DNA from: a virus
Taxonomy: Duplodnaviria; Caudoviricetes
Reading direction: 5' to 3' (one strand)
Length of the DNA: 64,000 nt
Virus record (IMG/VR): IMGVR_UViG_3300031998_002794
Coordinates: 714-64,713 of that record
The notes under the pieces were generated by a model. It was not told the origin of the DNA. It did not search any database and was given only the letters and a program-made list of their open reading frames with translations. The position numbers were made by a program, and so were the translations under genes. Shown here one piece after another: positions 37,166 to 47,488 of the stretch; within the stretch, counting starts at the first letter, position 1, and each line of letters starts with the position of its first letter.

Positions 37166-37747
37166 ATGGCCGAAAATGCAATGTCTGTATTTACTACTAA
37201 GATTAAGAATAACCAGGATTTGGCTAAGTCATGGCTTTTCTTGGTCAACTTCAAGTTTGACAACAAGGACCTTGAAGATTTGCTTGATGCTGAGGAAATG
37301 TTGCTTCGTGCTAAGACTGGTACTATCCCGGGTAAGTCATTCGGTGAATTGGTAACCGAGTTCATGGGCTCAAAGCTCGTCTATCCTGGTAAGGCAACTG
37401 TTGATGGTGACTTGTCCATCACATTTGATGAATTCCAAGATCTTAAGATCACCAAGATTCTTCACCGCTGGTCTAACTTGATGTTCAACCACGCTATTGA
37501 CGACGATATTGACGCAACTGGTGTTACTGGTGGCGCTTATTCAAATTATCTTAAGGACTATTCCGCAACGATTATCATCGACTGCTATGACTCAACATTG
37601 ACTCATAAGTTGCCGGTATCGTTCAAGTTCCGTTTCGCTTGGCCGAAGGAAATTCCTCAGACCGAACTTAACATGGAAGGCGACTCTAAGATTCAGCGTC
37701 AAGTAACATTCAAGTATTCAACATTTGAAGTTATCTCAAACGTCTAA
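37166..37747 (+). CDS. gp19: tail tube protein (gp19)
   Basis: AK..TIPG..FMG..YPG..DLSITF..W..AWP..L..F.Y pattern; TATAAATA at 37138. Confidence 0.8.
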   Translation: MAENAMSVFTTKIKNNQDLAKSWLFLVNFKFDNKDLEDLLDAEEMLLRAKTGTIPGKSFGELVTEFMGSKLVYPGKATVDGDLSITFDEFQDLKITKILHRWSNLMFNHAIDDDIDATGVTGGAYSNYLKDYSATIIIDCYDSTLTHKLPVSFKFRFAWPKEIPQTELNMEGDSKIQRQVTFKYSTFEVISNV

Positions 37748-37757
37748 TAGGTAATAC

Positions 37758-38114
37758 ATGAAAAAGAATTTAGAAACATACTTGAAGAGTGAGGTTGAGG
37801 CTGTTCAGCACCTTGACGAAAGTGTCGTTTCCATTGGCGAGACTGATTCTTTCAAGGGTGATGAATATACAGGACCTCACCGTCATGAATACATTCTTTG
37901 GGATCCTAACACAGGTTGGGGAAAGACCGGTGGTCCGATTGACGAACCTGATGGTAAGGTAAGACTCAATGCCGGTGTTCATGAACATATGATTGTGGAC
38001 GGAAAGGTTCTTGAGGTAGCTGGACATACTCACGAATTGAAGAAGCCAGTTTACACAGGCGACCATAGCCGCTATACTCCACAGGCAGTTCAAGTTAAAG
38101 AGGTTGATGACTAA
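37758..38114 (+). CDS. His-motif (HxH x3) putative metal-binding protein
   Basis: PHRHEY, VHEHMI and GHTHEL repeats. Confidence 0.6.
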   Translation: MKKNLETYLKSEVEAVQHLDESVVSIGETDSFKGDEYTGPHRHEYILWDPNTGWGKTGGPIDEPDGKVRLNAGVHEHMIVDGKVLEVAGHTHELKKPVYTGDHSRYTPQAVQVKEVDD

Positions 38115-38581
38115 TGAACGAAATTGAGAACACAGTCACTGATGAAGTTCCAGATGATTTCTTGAGTTTTATCGCTCAAGATGAACCGACCAATGACCTC
38201 AAGCCGCTCTATCAGTTTGCGATGGACAGTTTGATGTTTGCGAACAAGGTTCATATCTGGCATTGGAGCTGCAGCAGTGGATTCCAGCATACTCACTTTG
38301 AAGCGGTTTACGACGCTATTCGTGACTTTGCTGATGCGCTTGTTGAAACGGCAATGTCTATGGGCGGTCAAAATTCTTTCGGCCTTGAACAGTCCAAGCA
38401 GTACCAAATCAACAACGAACCGTTCTCAATTGACACTGCTATCTTGAGACTCGAGGCTTACCGAGACGAGCTCACAGCCAAGAAGAAGCAGTATTCATTG
38501 AAAGTATCGTTAGAGAATCTTTTTGCTGACATAATCGAGAAACTCGACAAGGAAATAGGTCTATTGAAGAACTTCTCGTAA
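38114..38581 (+). CDS. Dps/ferritin-like four-helix protein
   Basis: KVHIWHW...H..FEAVYD.IRDFADALVE ferroxidase-like pattern. Confidence 0.7.
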   Translation: MNEIENTVTDEVPDDFLSFIAQDEPTNDLKPLYQFAMDSLMFANKVHIWHWSCSSGFQHTHFEAVYDAIRDFADALVETAMSMGGQNSFGLEQSKQYQINNEPFSIDTAILRLEAYRDELTAKKKQYSLKVSLENLFADIIEKLDKEIGLLKNFS

Positions 38582-38593
38582 TAAGAATCTATA

Positions 38594-38620
38594 CCGGAGG
38601 TGACAAGCCTCCGGATTCTT
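38594..38620 (+). terminator. hairpin/terminator
   Basis: CCGGAGG-tgacaag-CCTCCGG followed by ATTCTTT. Confidence 0.6.
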
Positions 38621-38714
38621 TATGCCAGAAAATAGAAAAAAATGGGTTTGACCTGAGATAAATAAAATAAGAGATGGTGGTACCACTCGTTGTTAAAACA
38701 AATTGGAGGATTAA

Positions 38715-39677
38715 ATGGATAAGATTTACGAAAAACTCTCCGCTTGCCTTACACCAGAGGACTTGAACGAAGTAAAAGAAATCTTCGAGAAGCATGTTGA
38801 TGATAAGGTTCAAGCAAAACTCGATGAAGAAACCAAGAATCTTGCCAAGAAAGCTGACGAATTCTGTCAGAAGAAAATCAATGAGGCTGTAGCTCAGAAA
38901 ACAGCAGAACTCGAAGAACTTGCTAACACATATTGCGAAAAGCGTTGTAAGGATATTACAGAACGTGCCCAGAAGAAGTTGGATTCACAACGTAAGAAGT
39001 TGGAGGAAGCAGCTCAGCAGTATATCGTAGAAAACTTTGAAGCAAGTTACGTCGAACGTCTCGGAAAGGATCTCGATGATCTCGAAGAGGCACTCTTGAC
39101 AAATCTTGACAGATGGCTTGAACAGACTATTACTGAAAAGATTAGTCCAGATTTAATTCAGAAGCAAGCAGTTAACGAAACATACGCACCGATCATTGAG
39201 GCAATTAAAAGTGCATTCCAAGATCAGTATGTGGCTCTTGATTGCTCTGGAACTGCAAAAATTCAACAGGCAGTTTCTGAAGCAGCTGAATTGAGAAAGG
39301 ATTTGAAACTTCAAGTAGAATCCAGCTATGCTTTGAGCAAGAAACTCGAGGAAGCTGAAAAGCGTGCTTTGATTGCAGAGAAGTCTGCAGGCTTGGACGC
39401 TAATAAGCGTGCCCGTGTAAAGAACATGTTTGAAAGTAGAAAGTATTCCGATGTAAAGAATTCTATTGACGAATATGTATCTATGCTCAATGAAAGCGCT
39501 CCGGTTATGAAGCGCCCAACTGCTCAGCGTTTGACCGAGCAAAAGTTGAACACTCAAACTTTGAAGGTTGAAGACACAACTCAGGAAACAATTACTGAGA
39601 AGTATCATCCGAAGAAGAATTTGAATGCTCAAGAAAACTTCCTCTTGACTGCTGCTCGCTTCTCTAAGGGCGAATAG
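38715..39677 (+). CDS. prohead scaffolding protein (gp22-like)
   Basis: Glu-rich coiled coil directly upstream of the capsid gene, with multiple LxE sites. Confidence 0.7.
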   Translation: MDKIYEKLSACLTPEDLNEVKEIFEKHVDDKVQAKLDEETKNLAKKADEFCQKKINEAVAQKTAELEELANTYCEKRCKDITERAQKKLDSQRKKLEEAAQQYIVENFEASYVERLGKDLDDLEEALLTNLDRWLEQTITEKISPDLIQKQAVNETYAPIIEAIKSAFQDQYVALDCSGTAKIQQAVSEAAELRKDLKLQVESSYALSKKLEEAEKRALIAEKSAGLDANKRARVKNMFESRKYSDVKNSIDEYVSMLNESAPVMKRPTAQRLTEQKLNTQTLKVEDTTQETITEKYHPKKNLNAQENFLLTAARFSKGE

Positions 39678-39782
39678 TTAAGTTTTTAAGAGAAAAATCA
39701 AAAAGACACAAATAAATAAAATAAAATGATAAAGGATTTCATCTAAATCATTACATTTTCACAAAACTCATCGGAGGAAATA

Positions 39783-41075
39783 ATGAAAGGAATCAGAAAG
39801 GAAATTGTTGACTACTGGTCAAACGTTGAAGAAGGTTTGTCAGTTGCCGACATTGGTAACAAGTATATCAAGGAAAACGTTGCTCAGTTGATGGAAAACC
39901 AGGTTACCCAGGACATCTACTCTGGCGCTTTGCTTGAAGATTTCGGTATTGGCGTTGGTGCTCCTACTGGCGCTGACCAGGGTATCCCACATGGCGGTGA
40001 TGCTAAGGCAGTATTTGCCCCTGTATCTCTCGCACTTGTTCGTCGTGTTTATCCGCAGTTGTTCGCTAACGTTCTTGTTGGTGTTCAGGCAATGCAGGGT
40101 CCTGTTGGTCTCGCATACGCTATGAGAACTGTTTATAAGGACGAGCTTGATAAGGGCCGCGTTGTTGAAGCAGCATGGAAGGACGTTCCGGAGTATTCAG
40201 GCTTCACTGGTTCTCAGAACGGTACACATGGTCCGGCTGACTCTGGTCTCGGCGTTGAAACTCAGGAAGCAGAAAAGTGGTCAGTAAATAACCACGACGG
40301 TCTCGGCAAGATTCCTGAACTTGCTATCATGTTCAGCCGTCAGCCGATCGTTGCTAAGACTCGTAAGATTGCATCTAGCTTCTCTCTTGAATCTATTGAC
40401 GATATCAAGAAGATGCAGGGTGTGGACATGGTTAACGACATGGTTAACACTCTCCAGTACGAGCTTACTGCAGAAATCGACCGTGAGACTATCGCTCGTT
40501 GTAAGGCTTTGACTAAGGTCAAGGTTCTTAAGCCGAAGGAAAACGTTGAGGAAGAGAGAAACAACGAATGGTCTGGCCGTTGGTCTCAGGAAAGAATCTC
40601 TAACATCATCACCCACATCGTAGCTGCTTCTAACGACATTGCTATCGCAACTCGTAAGGCTCCGGGTAACATCGCTGTTGTATCTCCGGCTGTTGCTACT
40701 GCTCTTCAGAGCTCTACACAGTTCTTCAACAAGATCACAACTGATGTAACTGGTTCTACTGCTACATGCGAAGTTGGTACTTTGAATGGTGGTTCTTTGA
40801 AGGTCTACCGCGATGCTTACGCTGTCAACCACGGTGTTGATAACTGCGAAGTTCTTATCGCTTACAAGGGTGCATCTAACGATGACGCTGGTGTAATCTT
40901 CTGCCCATACGTAACAGGCGTTGTAAACCAGGCTATTGACCCGAATACCTTCTCACCACGCATCGGCATCATGACAAGATACGCCTTTGCCAACAACCTT
41001 CTCGGTGCAGATAACTACTATCGCACATTGAAGTTCGAAGGCCTTGACAAGAAGATTGCAGGTGACGTATACTAA
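39783..41075 (+). CDS. gp23: major capsid protein (gp23)
   Basis: QLMENQ, LVRRVYPQLFA, VGVQAMQGPVGLAYAMR, AKTRK, EIDRE, FCPY, PRIGIMTRY. Confidence 0.96.
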   Translation: MKGIRKEIVDYWSNVEEGLSVADIGNKYIKENVAQLMENQVTQDIYSGALLEDFGIGVGAPTGADQGIPHGGDAKAVFAPVSLALVRRVYPQLFANVLVGVQAMQGPVGLAYAMRTVYKDELDKGRVVEAAWKDVPEYSGFTGSQNGTHGPADSGLGVETQEAEKWSVNNHDGLGKIPELAIMFSRQPIVAKTRKIASSFSLESIDDIKKMQGVDMVNDMVNTLQYELTAEIDRETIARCKALTKVKVLKPKENVEEERNNEWSGRWSQERISNIITHIVAASNDIAIATRKAPGNIAVVSPAVATALQSSTQFFNKITTDVTGSTATCEVGTLNGGSLKVYRDAYAVNHGVDNCEVLIAYKGASNDDAGVIFCPYVTGVVNQAIDPNTFSPRIGIMTRYAFANNLLGADNYYRTLKFEGLDKKIAGDVY

Positions 41076-41124
41076 TAGTTAACTGGGAAACAGAAACAAT
41101 TAACACAAAGGAGAAGTATAGAAT

Positions 41125-41508
41125 ATGAAACCTACAGTTCAGAATCCGGACCTTTATTTGGTTGGTAACGATTACGTTCAGGCACCTGTTTCAGCTTTCT
41201 ACAAGACTGGTTCCGCTTTTAGCGGCATCGGTCCTGACGGCGAACCATACGTTGATGACACATACCGTGACGGTATCTATCGCGTATTGTCCGACGAATT
41301 GACACAGGGCGCTTGGTCTGCAGATCCTTGGAAGGACCCACATGGATTTAACAAGAGAACAATTCTTGTTGACCCACAGTCTCCGATCCCGACTTACGCT
41401 TCTGGCGATAAGGGTGACTTGTACTCAGTCGCTGACGTCGTTTACGGCGTTGGTAAGGAAGACAAGAAGGACATCGATCCGAAGACACAGTCTCCGGTTA
41501 AAGACTAA
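41125..41508 (+). CDS. hypothetical, possible capsid decoration protein
   Basis: Co-transcribed directly after gp23, before the terminator. Confidence 0.6.
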   Translation: MKPTVQNPDLYLVGNDYVQAPVSAFYKTGSAFSGIGPDGEPYVDDTYRDGIYRVLSDELTQGAWSADPWKDPHGFNKRTILVDPQSPIPTYASGDKGDLYSVADVVYGVGKEDKKDIDPKTQSPVKD

Positions 41509-41530
41509 TCCTTAACCAATAAAGAATTAA

Positions 41531-41557
41531 AACGGAGTACTTCGGTACTCCGTTTTT
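41531..41557 (+). terminator. intrinsic terminator with UUCG loop
   Basis: AACGGAGTAC-ttcg-GTACTCCGTT followed by TTT. Confidence 0.92.
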
Positions 41558-41594
41558 CTGTATAAATATAGAAAATTCCATTTGAGGTGATGAT

Positions 41595-42407
41595 ATGAAA
41601 AGTTCAAAGAATGTACCTCAGTCAGGCGATTTGGCAGACATTGCTAAACAAGTCATGGCTGAACAAAAAGAAAATCCTATTCCTGCCAATGCCGTGATGG
41701 TCAACACGGAAATGATGCCATCTAAGGGCGTCGGATATAATACAGCGATGTATGTTACTCCGTTGACTACACAGGATCTTAAGAACCTTAACACAATGAC
41801 TGAGGAAAATGCTACCGCTCGTATCAACGGTGTGCTTGCTTCATGCGTTCATGGCGTGCCCCTCAAGGACATTCTACAAGGCGATAAGCTCTGGCTATTG
41901 TTCTATATTAGATCTGTCACTTATGACGATTTTCCGATCTTTATTAAGTATAAATGCAAGGATTGCGGACGTCAAGGCGTTCATAAAGTAACAATGAAAA
42001 ACCTCAACGTCAGATACTATAAAGACACATACGAAAAGTTCTTGGAACTCCCGAAGTCTGGTGCTAAGGTTGAACTCCGTTTGCCGACTATTCGTTACGA
42101 AGACCGTGCTAACAGCCTTAAGAATCAGGCAGACTTGAAGCAAGCCTTTGACCCTGAGATTCTCGACTTGTGCATCTACATCGAGTCTATCAATGGCGAG
42201 CGAGCATCTGTCATTGAAGCGTATAACTTCTTGTTCAATATGAACGCATACGACTTCTCTGTATTCAGCAACTACCTGCTTGACAACAACTTTGGTATCG
42301 TTCCTACCGTCAAGATTCCTTGCGAGTGCGGTATGGAAATTGAGCAAGGCATTGGATTCACACCTGACTTCTTCATGCCGAACTTTGCCAAGTATAAGGA
42401 CATGTAA
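41595..42407 (+). CDS. baseplate hub assembly protein (gp26-like)
   Basis: MPSKG.GY..LTT.D.K..GDKLWLLFYIRSVTY..CKDCG..C.CG. Confidence 0.65.
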   Translation: MKSSKNVPQSGDLADIAKQVMAEQKENPIPANAVMVNTEMMPSKGVGYNTAMYVTPLTTQDLKNLNTMTEENATARINGVLASCVHGVPLKDILQGDKLWLLFYIRSVTYDDFPIFIKYKCKDCGRQGVHKVTMKNLNVRYYKDTYEKFLELPKSGAKVELRLPTIRYEDRANSLKNQADLKQAFDPEILDLCIYIESINGERASVIEAYNFLFNMNAYDFSVFSNYLLDNNFGIVPTVKIPCECGMEIEQGIGFTPDFFMPNFAKYKDM

Positions 42408-42430
42408 ACCAAGGAACATAGATGAAACCG

Positions 42431-42457
42431 AACTGGCTGTTCTTACAGCCAGTTTTT
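42431..42457 (+). terminator. intrinsic terminator
   Basis: AACTGGCTGT-tctt-ACAGCCAGTT followed by TTT. Confidence 0.88.
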
Positions 42458-42492
42458 GTGTATAAATATAAAAAGAAAAGAAGGATCTCTTT

Positions 42493-45216
42493 ATGGCTTT
42501 TAATACACATTACACTCGTTTCACATATCAAGAAATGATTGATGACTTCACTAACCGATTGAAGTCAGATGAAAGATTTAAGAAGTTGCCAGCAGCGTCC
42601 ATCTATCAGATGTTTATGGAAATGCTCACAGCAACGATGGACATGACTAACTTTTATATGCAGCGAACTGCAGAAGAGGGTTTCATTGATACCGCTAGAC
42701 TTGACTCTAGCATCATTAAGCATGCAAAGACTTTGGGCTACTGTCCGAAGAAACCTTCTCCGGCTGAAGCAGAAATCGCTATTACCATCAAAGGACCGCT
42801 TCCTAAAGCCTTGAATGCTGGAGCTACTGTCTACTTCTCTCAAGAAGACACACCGCTCTCATTCAACAGCAACAAGTATATGTTCGCTACTGACTATTCA
42901 TATACATTCACTGCTGACGATATTATGCAAGGCCGTGATTCTTCAACATGGCAGAAGAAACTAGTCTTCAGTAAGAAATCCGACGACATGAAGTACATGA
43001 CTCTTGCAGGCATTAAGTACTACAAGGCAGGCAACGTTGAGCCTATCAAGGTCATTCAGGGCGAAGTAACTACTGCTGAAATCAAAGGCATAGCAAATCT
43101 TCGCAAGCTCGGTAAGAATTATCAGTTCTATGACATTGACGATCTTGAATTTTCTAACTGGTATGGCAGACGAGATCCTACTGCCTACAACTACGGAAAA
43201 TACAAGAAGCTCTCTGGCTTTACCAAAGTCGGTATTGGTAGAACAAAGGAAGAGGCATTCAACGAAAGCGAAACCGCAAAGACGAACTTGTTTGATATTG
43301 AAGACTACTCAATTTACTTGAACCCAGCTGTTCTTGCATACGAAGTTGGTGATGATTCAGACGACGTCCTTCAGGTCTGTGCTATCACAACAAACAGCGA
43401 CAAGACTACTCGTATTCAGTTCGGCGATGGCGCTATCGTTCGTAACGGTTTGATTTCTTCTGATGAAAATCTTTATGTTCAGTACCTCAAGACCAAAGGC
43501 TCAAAGGCAAATGCCGTTGGCACTACAGGCTCTATCCTTTCAACAAGCAGCGACTTCTTCGCTACTCAGGCAGGATCTGTTGTTGACATTACTCCGAACA
43601 TCCAGATTACTTTTAACAGCGACATCACAAACGGTACTGATTTTGAAACAAGTGATTCCATCAAGAATCAGGCACCTCGCTACTATGCATCTGCTGGTAG
43701 ATTGGTAACTAAGCCTGACTTCCTTGCTTACTTCAACTCCTTGACTGCACCAGTAAAAGTAAAGAACGCTGCTGCATGGGGACAGGAAGATGTTGAAGAA
43801 TTGTTTGAAGGTGGTCACACAACATTTAAGTACTTGCAGAATATCATTCTTTACTGTATTGCTTCAAGTACATATAACATCAATGGTAAGTTGAACAGCT
43901 ACAGAAACGTTCTTGACGATGATGACAATTCATTCGGAGCATTCACTGTATTTGGTTCGGGCACCACATATCTTGAACACTTGACGGACTACATCAAGCT
44001 CTTGCTCAGCTACGATTCATTTAGCAAGACACAGTATGAGAAGAACCCGTCAACTCAATGGCAGAAGAACATCAAGAAGATTCGTGAGAATGTTCAAGAT
44101 AAGATGATTATGAACACTAAGATTTACGCTATGCCGCCATTCGTGCAGTACTTTGACGTAGTCGGTACTGTTGAAGTGGATTCGTTGGCAAAGCTCCAGA
44201 ACTTCAAGGTAGAGGTTGAAAACAAGATCTATGAGTGGTTGGAAGATAACACATCATTCAATACCAAGATCTTCAAGTCTGACTTCTCTAAGTTCTTCCA
44301 GCAGCGTCCAGAAACAAAGTCAGTCAACCTTGACATTAAGGTATCAGAGATTATTAAGTCTACTGACGCTACATTCATTTTCAAGCCAAGACTTTTGACT
44401 GAGCTTTACTCAATTAACCGCAACCTTCCTGGTTCTCCTACTTCTATCACAACTTCTAATTACAGCAACTATAACACGATTACCATTCCGAAGGTTGACG
44501 CTAACGGCGTTGCGGTAGATCTTGACGCATTCAAGGACAAGAACATTGCAGTTAAGCTCTATAACAACGGACAGTTCTATAACGAGTTCCAGTTCACACC
44601 TTATGAAGTGACTGAGACTGCAACGAACATCATCTTGTCAATGTATGGTTATCAAACAAGCCAGTTGAGAGCCATCTCCGATGACGCTACATTCTATATC
44701 ACGATTGCTTCATCTGATGACTTCGCTTCAACTTCAAACTTCTCAACTGCAAATGCAAGATCATACGGCTTGACATCAGCACAGGTTGCTTCTATTCAGC
44801 AAGATCTTGTTGACTGGATTGAGAACGCAAACGTAGTCAATACTGCAGAACGTCCAATCGTGCTTCCTTACTTCATCGAGTCAATGAACAAGACAACTCG
44901 TGAGGAAGTCATTACAAGAGTTGGCGCAGTTCAGTCTGGATATGAAACTGAATTGACTGAAAAGGCATTCTGGCAGTACATGGTTCCGCAGATTATCAGT
45001 AAGTACTACAACAGCACTTATAATGATATGAATGATGAATCAGTTGACGGAGATAAGTGGCAACATATCACAAATCTTGTCGTTGACATCTACAAGCAGA
45101 TGAAACCGACATTCTGTGACTCTGTTCTTGACGATAACAACAACATTGTAAATTATTCAATGGACAATGAATTGCCAGTTATCCGCTTGAACATTACATA
45201 TAAGTATAGGGCATAA
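42493..45216 (+). CDS. gp6: baseplate wedge subunit (gp6-like)
   Basis: EGFIDTARLDSSIIKHAKTLGY.P, IQFGDG..G, YLKTKG..AN, IKNQAPRYYAS.GRLVT..DF. Confidence 0.88.
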   Translation: MAFNTHYTRFTYQEMIDDFTNRLKSDERFKKLPAASIYQMFMEMLTATMDMTNFYMQRTAEEGFIDTARLDSSIIKHAKTLGYCPKKPSPAEAEIAITIKGPLPKALNAGATVYFSQEDTPLSFNSNKYMFATDYSYTFTADDIMQGRDSSTWQKKLVFSKKSDDMKYMTLAGIKYYKAGNVEPIKVIQGEVTTAEIKGIANLRKLGKNYQFYDIDDLEFSNWYGRRDPTAYNYGKYKKLSGFTKVGIGRTKEEAFNESETAKTNLFDIEDYSIYLNPAVLAYEVGDDSDDVLQVCAITTNSDKTTRIQFGDGAIVRNGLISSDENLYVQYLKTKGSKANAVGTTGSILSTSSDFFATQAGSVVDITPNIQITFNSDITNGTDFETSDSIKNQAPRYYASAGRLVTKPDFLAYFNSLTAPVKVKNAAAWGQEDVEELFEGGHTTFKYLQNIILYCIASSTYNINGKLNSYRNVLDDDDNSFGAFTVFGSGTTYLEHLTDYIKLLLSYDSFSKTQYEKNPSTQWQKNIKKIRENVQDKMIMNTKIYAMPPFVQYFDVVGTVEVDSLAKLQNFKVEVENKIYEWLEDNTSFNTKIFKSDFSKFFQQRPETKSVNLDIKVSEIIKSTDATFIFKPRLLTELYSINRNLPGSPTSITTSNYSNYNTITIPKVDANGVAVDLDAFKDKNIAVKLYNNGQFYNEFQFTPYEVTETATNIILSMYGYQTSQLRAISDDATFYITIASSDDFASTSNFSTANARSYGLTSAQVASIQQDLVDWIENANVVNTAERPIVLPYFIESMNKTTREEVITRVGAVQSGYETELTEKAFWQYMVPQIISKYYNSTYNDMNDESVDGDKWQHITNLVVDIYKQMKPTFCDSVLDDNNNIVNYSMDNELPVIRLNITYKYRA

Positions 45217-45220
45217 GTTT

Positions 45221-46189
45221 ATGATGACAGTGAATACTGAATACGATGGGTTTATAGCAAAGGTTCTTATTACCTCCGATAGCGGTAATGAGATTGACTT
45301 GCTTTCAAGAGAGTTCCGAATTGACATCGGTGACCGTTTGAAGGCTATGGGAAGTTTGACTGACTTCCTTAACAACCAACCCACAGACGAAGACACTGAC
45401 GAGGAAAAGGCAGCAAAACATACAGCTCAGATGGACCTCATCAAAGAACTGTCAACTCCTATTCTTCAAATTTCGTCAGAGAACTACAGAGAGTACTGTA
45501 ACTCTGATGATGAGTCGCTCGCAAGAAACGGCGTTCAGTTCTGGCTATCAAATGACAAGCGTGAAATGTCAATGCGCTTCATTCCGAAGAACATCATTCA
45601 TGGCGAAGTCTATGATTTTTCATGGGCTGCTTTGCTTGTCATTGTTGGATTTGACTTCAAGAATACAGTAAAATTTGACTTGGCTTTGATGCCTCGCTTG
45701 ATTACAGGACCAATCGTTGTTGCAGAAAACAACCCATATTCTGAGCCCGTTCTTTCAGCAGCATCTGCCCGTCCCGACTATCCATTCAACGGTGAACTCG
45801 ATGTGGATAACTTGTATTTGAATAACGGTGACGAATGTGCTTCTCAACATACGCCGCTCTATACAGTCAAATCTTCAGCATTCATGTGTGACGATCTTAG
45901 AGAATTTGGTGCAGAAGATTTTGATTGGACAAAATTCAGATCTGACTTGTTTGACGGTGCTGCACAAAGCGGTATTCCTATACCGTATCGTATTTGCGGC
46001 TCTGACAATGTTGAAGATTTCCCAAGACCTGAAAAGCAGAATATCGAGATGATCCCAGGTGTTCCTGCTTCAACGCTTTCAGGCGTTTATGTTTATGACA
46101 TCGAGCAAGATGTTGAAGTTTCCGCTGCTGAGGGTCAAAACCCGATAACATTCGCAAAGAACAGCGTAAGATTGAGTCTTGCTATCTAA
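45221..46189 (+). CDS. hypothetical protein in the baseplate cluster
   Basis: 322-aa ORF between gp6 and gp3. Confidence 0.7.
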   Translation: MMTVNTEYDGFIAKVLITSDSGNEIDLLSREFRIDIGDRLKAMGSLTDFLNNQPTDEDTDEEKAAKHTAQMDLIKELSTPILQISSENYREYCNSDDESLARNGVQFWLSNDKREMSMRFIPKNIIHGEVYDFSWAALLVIVGFDFKNTVKFDLALMPRLITGPIVVAENNPYSEPVLSAASARPDYPFNGELDVDNLYLNNGDECASQHTPLYTVKSSAFMCDDLREFGAEDFDWTKFRSDLFDGAAQSGIPIPYRICGSDNVEDFPRPEKQNIEMIPGVPASTLSGVYVYDIEQDVEVSAAEGQNPITFAKNSVRLSLAI

Positions 46190-46201
46190 GTGAGGTGATT
46201 T

Positions 46202-46753
46202 ATGGCTGGTATGACAACAGAGATAAACAATTTTAATAAGAACAAGTGGCTTATTCGTTTTAGCAATGTGCCGAACATGACTGGACGTAATGACATTGAT
46301 GTTCATGTGCTCAACAACTACATCAAGTCTATTAACATTCCGGACATCTCAATTCCGATGCTTGAGTCTATCATGCTTCATCACCGTCAGTTGCATCCAG
46401 CGACTACTGGTGATAGAAACCTTCAGACTATCAACATCGAGTTCAACATTGATGAAAAGATGAAGAACTGGTTCTTGCTTTATTGCTGGCTTTACTACAT
46501 GAAGCACGGTCAAACATGTGGTAGAACGAATCTTGATGGAATTGAGCTCGTTCGTGAAGACGCTATTGATGTAATAGAACTTTGCATGCTCAACAACGAT
46601 GACGAGGTTATCTCGAAGTTGAAATTCCATCACTGCATCATCAATAATCTCAGCTCGCTTGACCTCAAGTATGGCAGCTCTGAGATTGGAACGATTATCG
46701 CAACATTTGAGGTTGAGTCACTTTCGTTTGACCTCGAGACAGAAGAGGAATAA
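46202..46753 (+). CDS. gp3: tail completion/sheath stabiliser (gp3-like)
   Basis: SINIPDISIP..L.TINIEFNIDEKMKNWFLLYCW resembles the gp3 V.IPG..L.V.F.VDE.L..W..MY.W motif. Confidence 0.7.
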   Translation: MAGMTTEINNFNKNKWLIRFSNVPNMTGRNDIDVHVLNNYIKSINIPDISIPMLESIMLHHRQLHPATTGDRNLQTINIEFNIDEKMKNWFLLYCWLYYMKHGQTCGRTNLDGIELVREDAIDVIELCMLNNDDEVISKLKFHHCIINNLSSLDLKYGSSEIGTIIATFEVESLSFDLETEEE

Positions 46754-47463
46754 TGAAACTCAAGTTTGACGCTAAATGCCGTGTCTGTGGACACGACTGC
46801 AAAGATAAAGACGACTTAGCTATTCATCTCAACACAATTCATGGGATGAACGCCCACGTCTATTATGACCAGTATGTAGCAGATGCTAATACTGGTAAAT
46901 GTGCTAACTGCGGCAAGCCTACCAACTGGCGTAACTTGCTTTACGGTTATGACAGATTCTGTTCAGCCCAGTGTTCTCGTCAGTTCATGGAAAAGAACGG
47001 AACGACAACGAATATTCCTTGCCCGATATGCGGGGCAATGGTATCAGGAGACAATGCAAACCGTGCGTCTATTGCTTTCAACAGACACTTGAAAGACATT
47101 CACGATTTGACTCCGAAAGAGTATTACGACCAGTACTTGAAAACACCTGAAGAAGGTACCTGCCCTGAATGTGGCAAGCCTACTGAGTTCAAGAAGATCT
47201 CTGTGGGTTATCAGAAGTTCTGCTGTAACGCTTGCTCTATCAAGTATTCACACCGTAAGCGTAGAGAACAGCTAGACGCCATTCAAGACTTTAAAGACGA
47301 ACAGCAGTTGAAGGCTGAAAAGGAACAGGCAGTTCAAGAGGCTTGGCAGGAAGAAATGAAACAGCGCCTTGCTGAATTTGATTATGAAGGCGAACGTGCT
47401 TCATTGACATATACTGACTGGGCATTTGAAAGGACCTATCCATCAGAAATTACATTCTTCTAA
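46753..47463 (+). CDS. tandem zinc-finger protein (C2H2 plus C4 unit, x2)
   Basis: Two copies of CxxCG..H...H..YYDQY..G.CxxCGKPT..GY..FCxxxCS. Confidence 0.75.
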   Translation: MKLKFDAKCRVCGHDCKDKDDLAIHLNTIHGMNAHVYYDQYVADANTGKCANCGKPTNWRNLLYGYDRFCSAQCSRQFMEKNGTTTNIPCPICGAMVSGDNANRASIAFNRHLKDIHDLTPKEYYDQYLKTPEEGTCPECGKPTEFKKISVGYQKFCCNACSIKYSHRKRREQLDAIQDFKDEQQLKAEKEQAVQEAWQEEMKQRLAEFDYEGERASLTYTDWAFERTYPSEITFF

Positions 47464-47488
47464 TAAATACTATTGGAGAAGTTAGATT

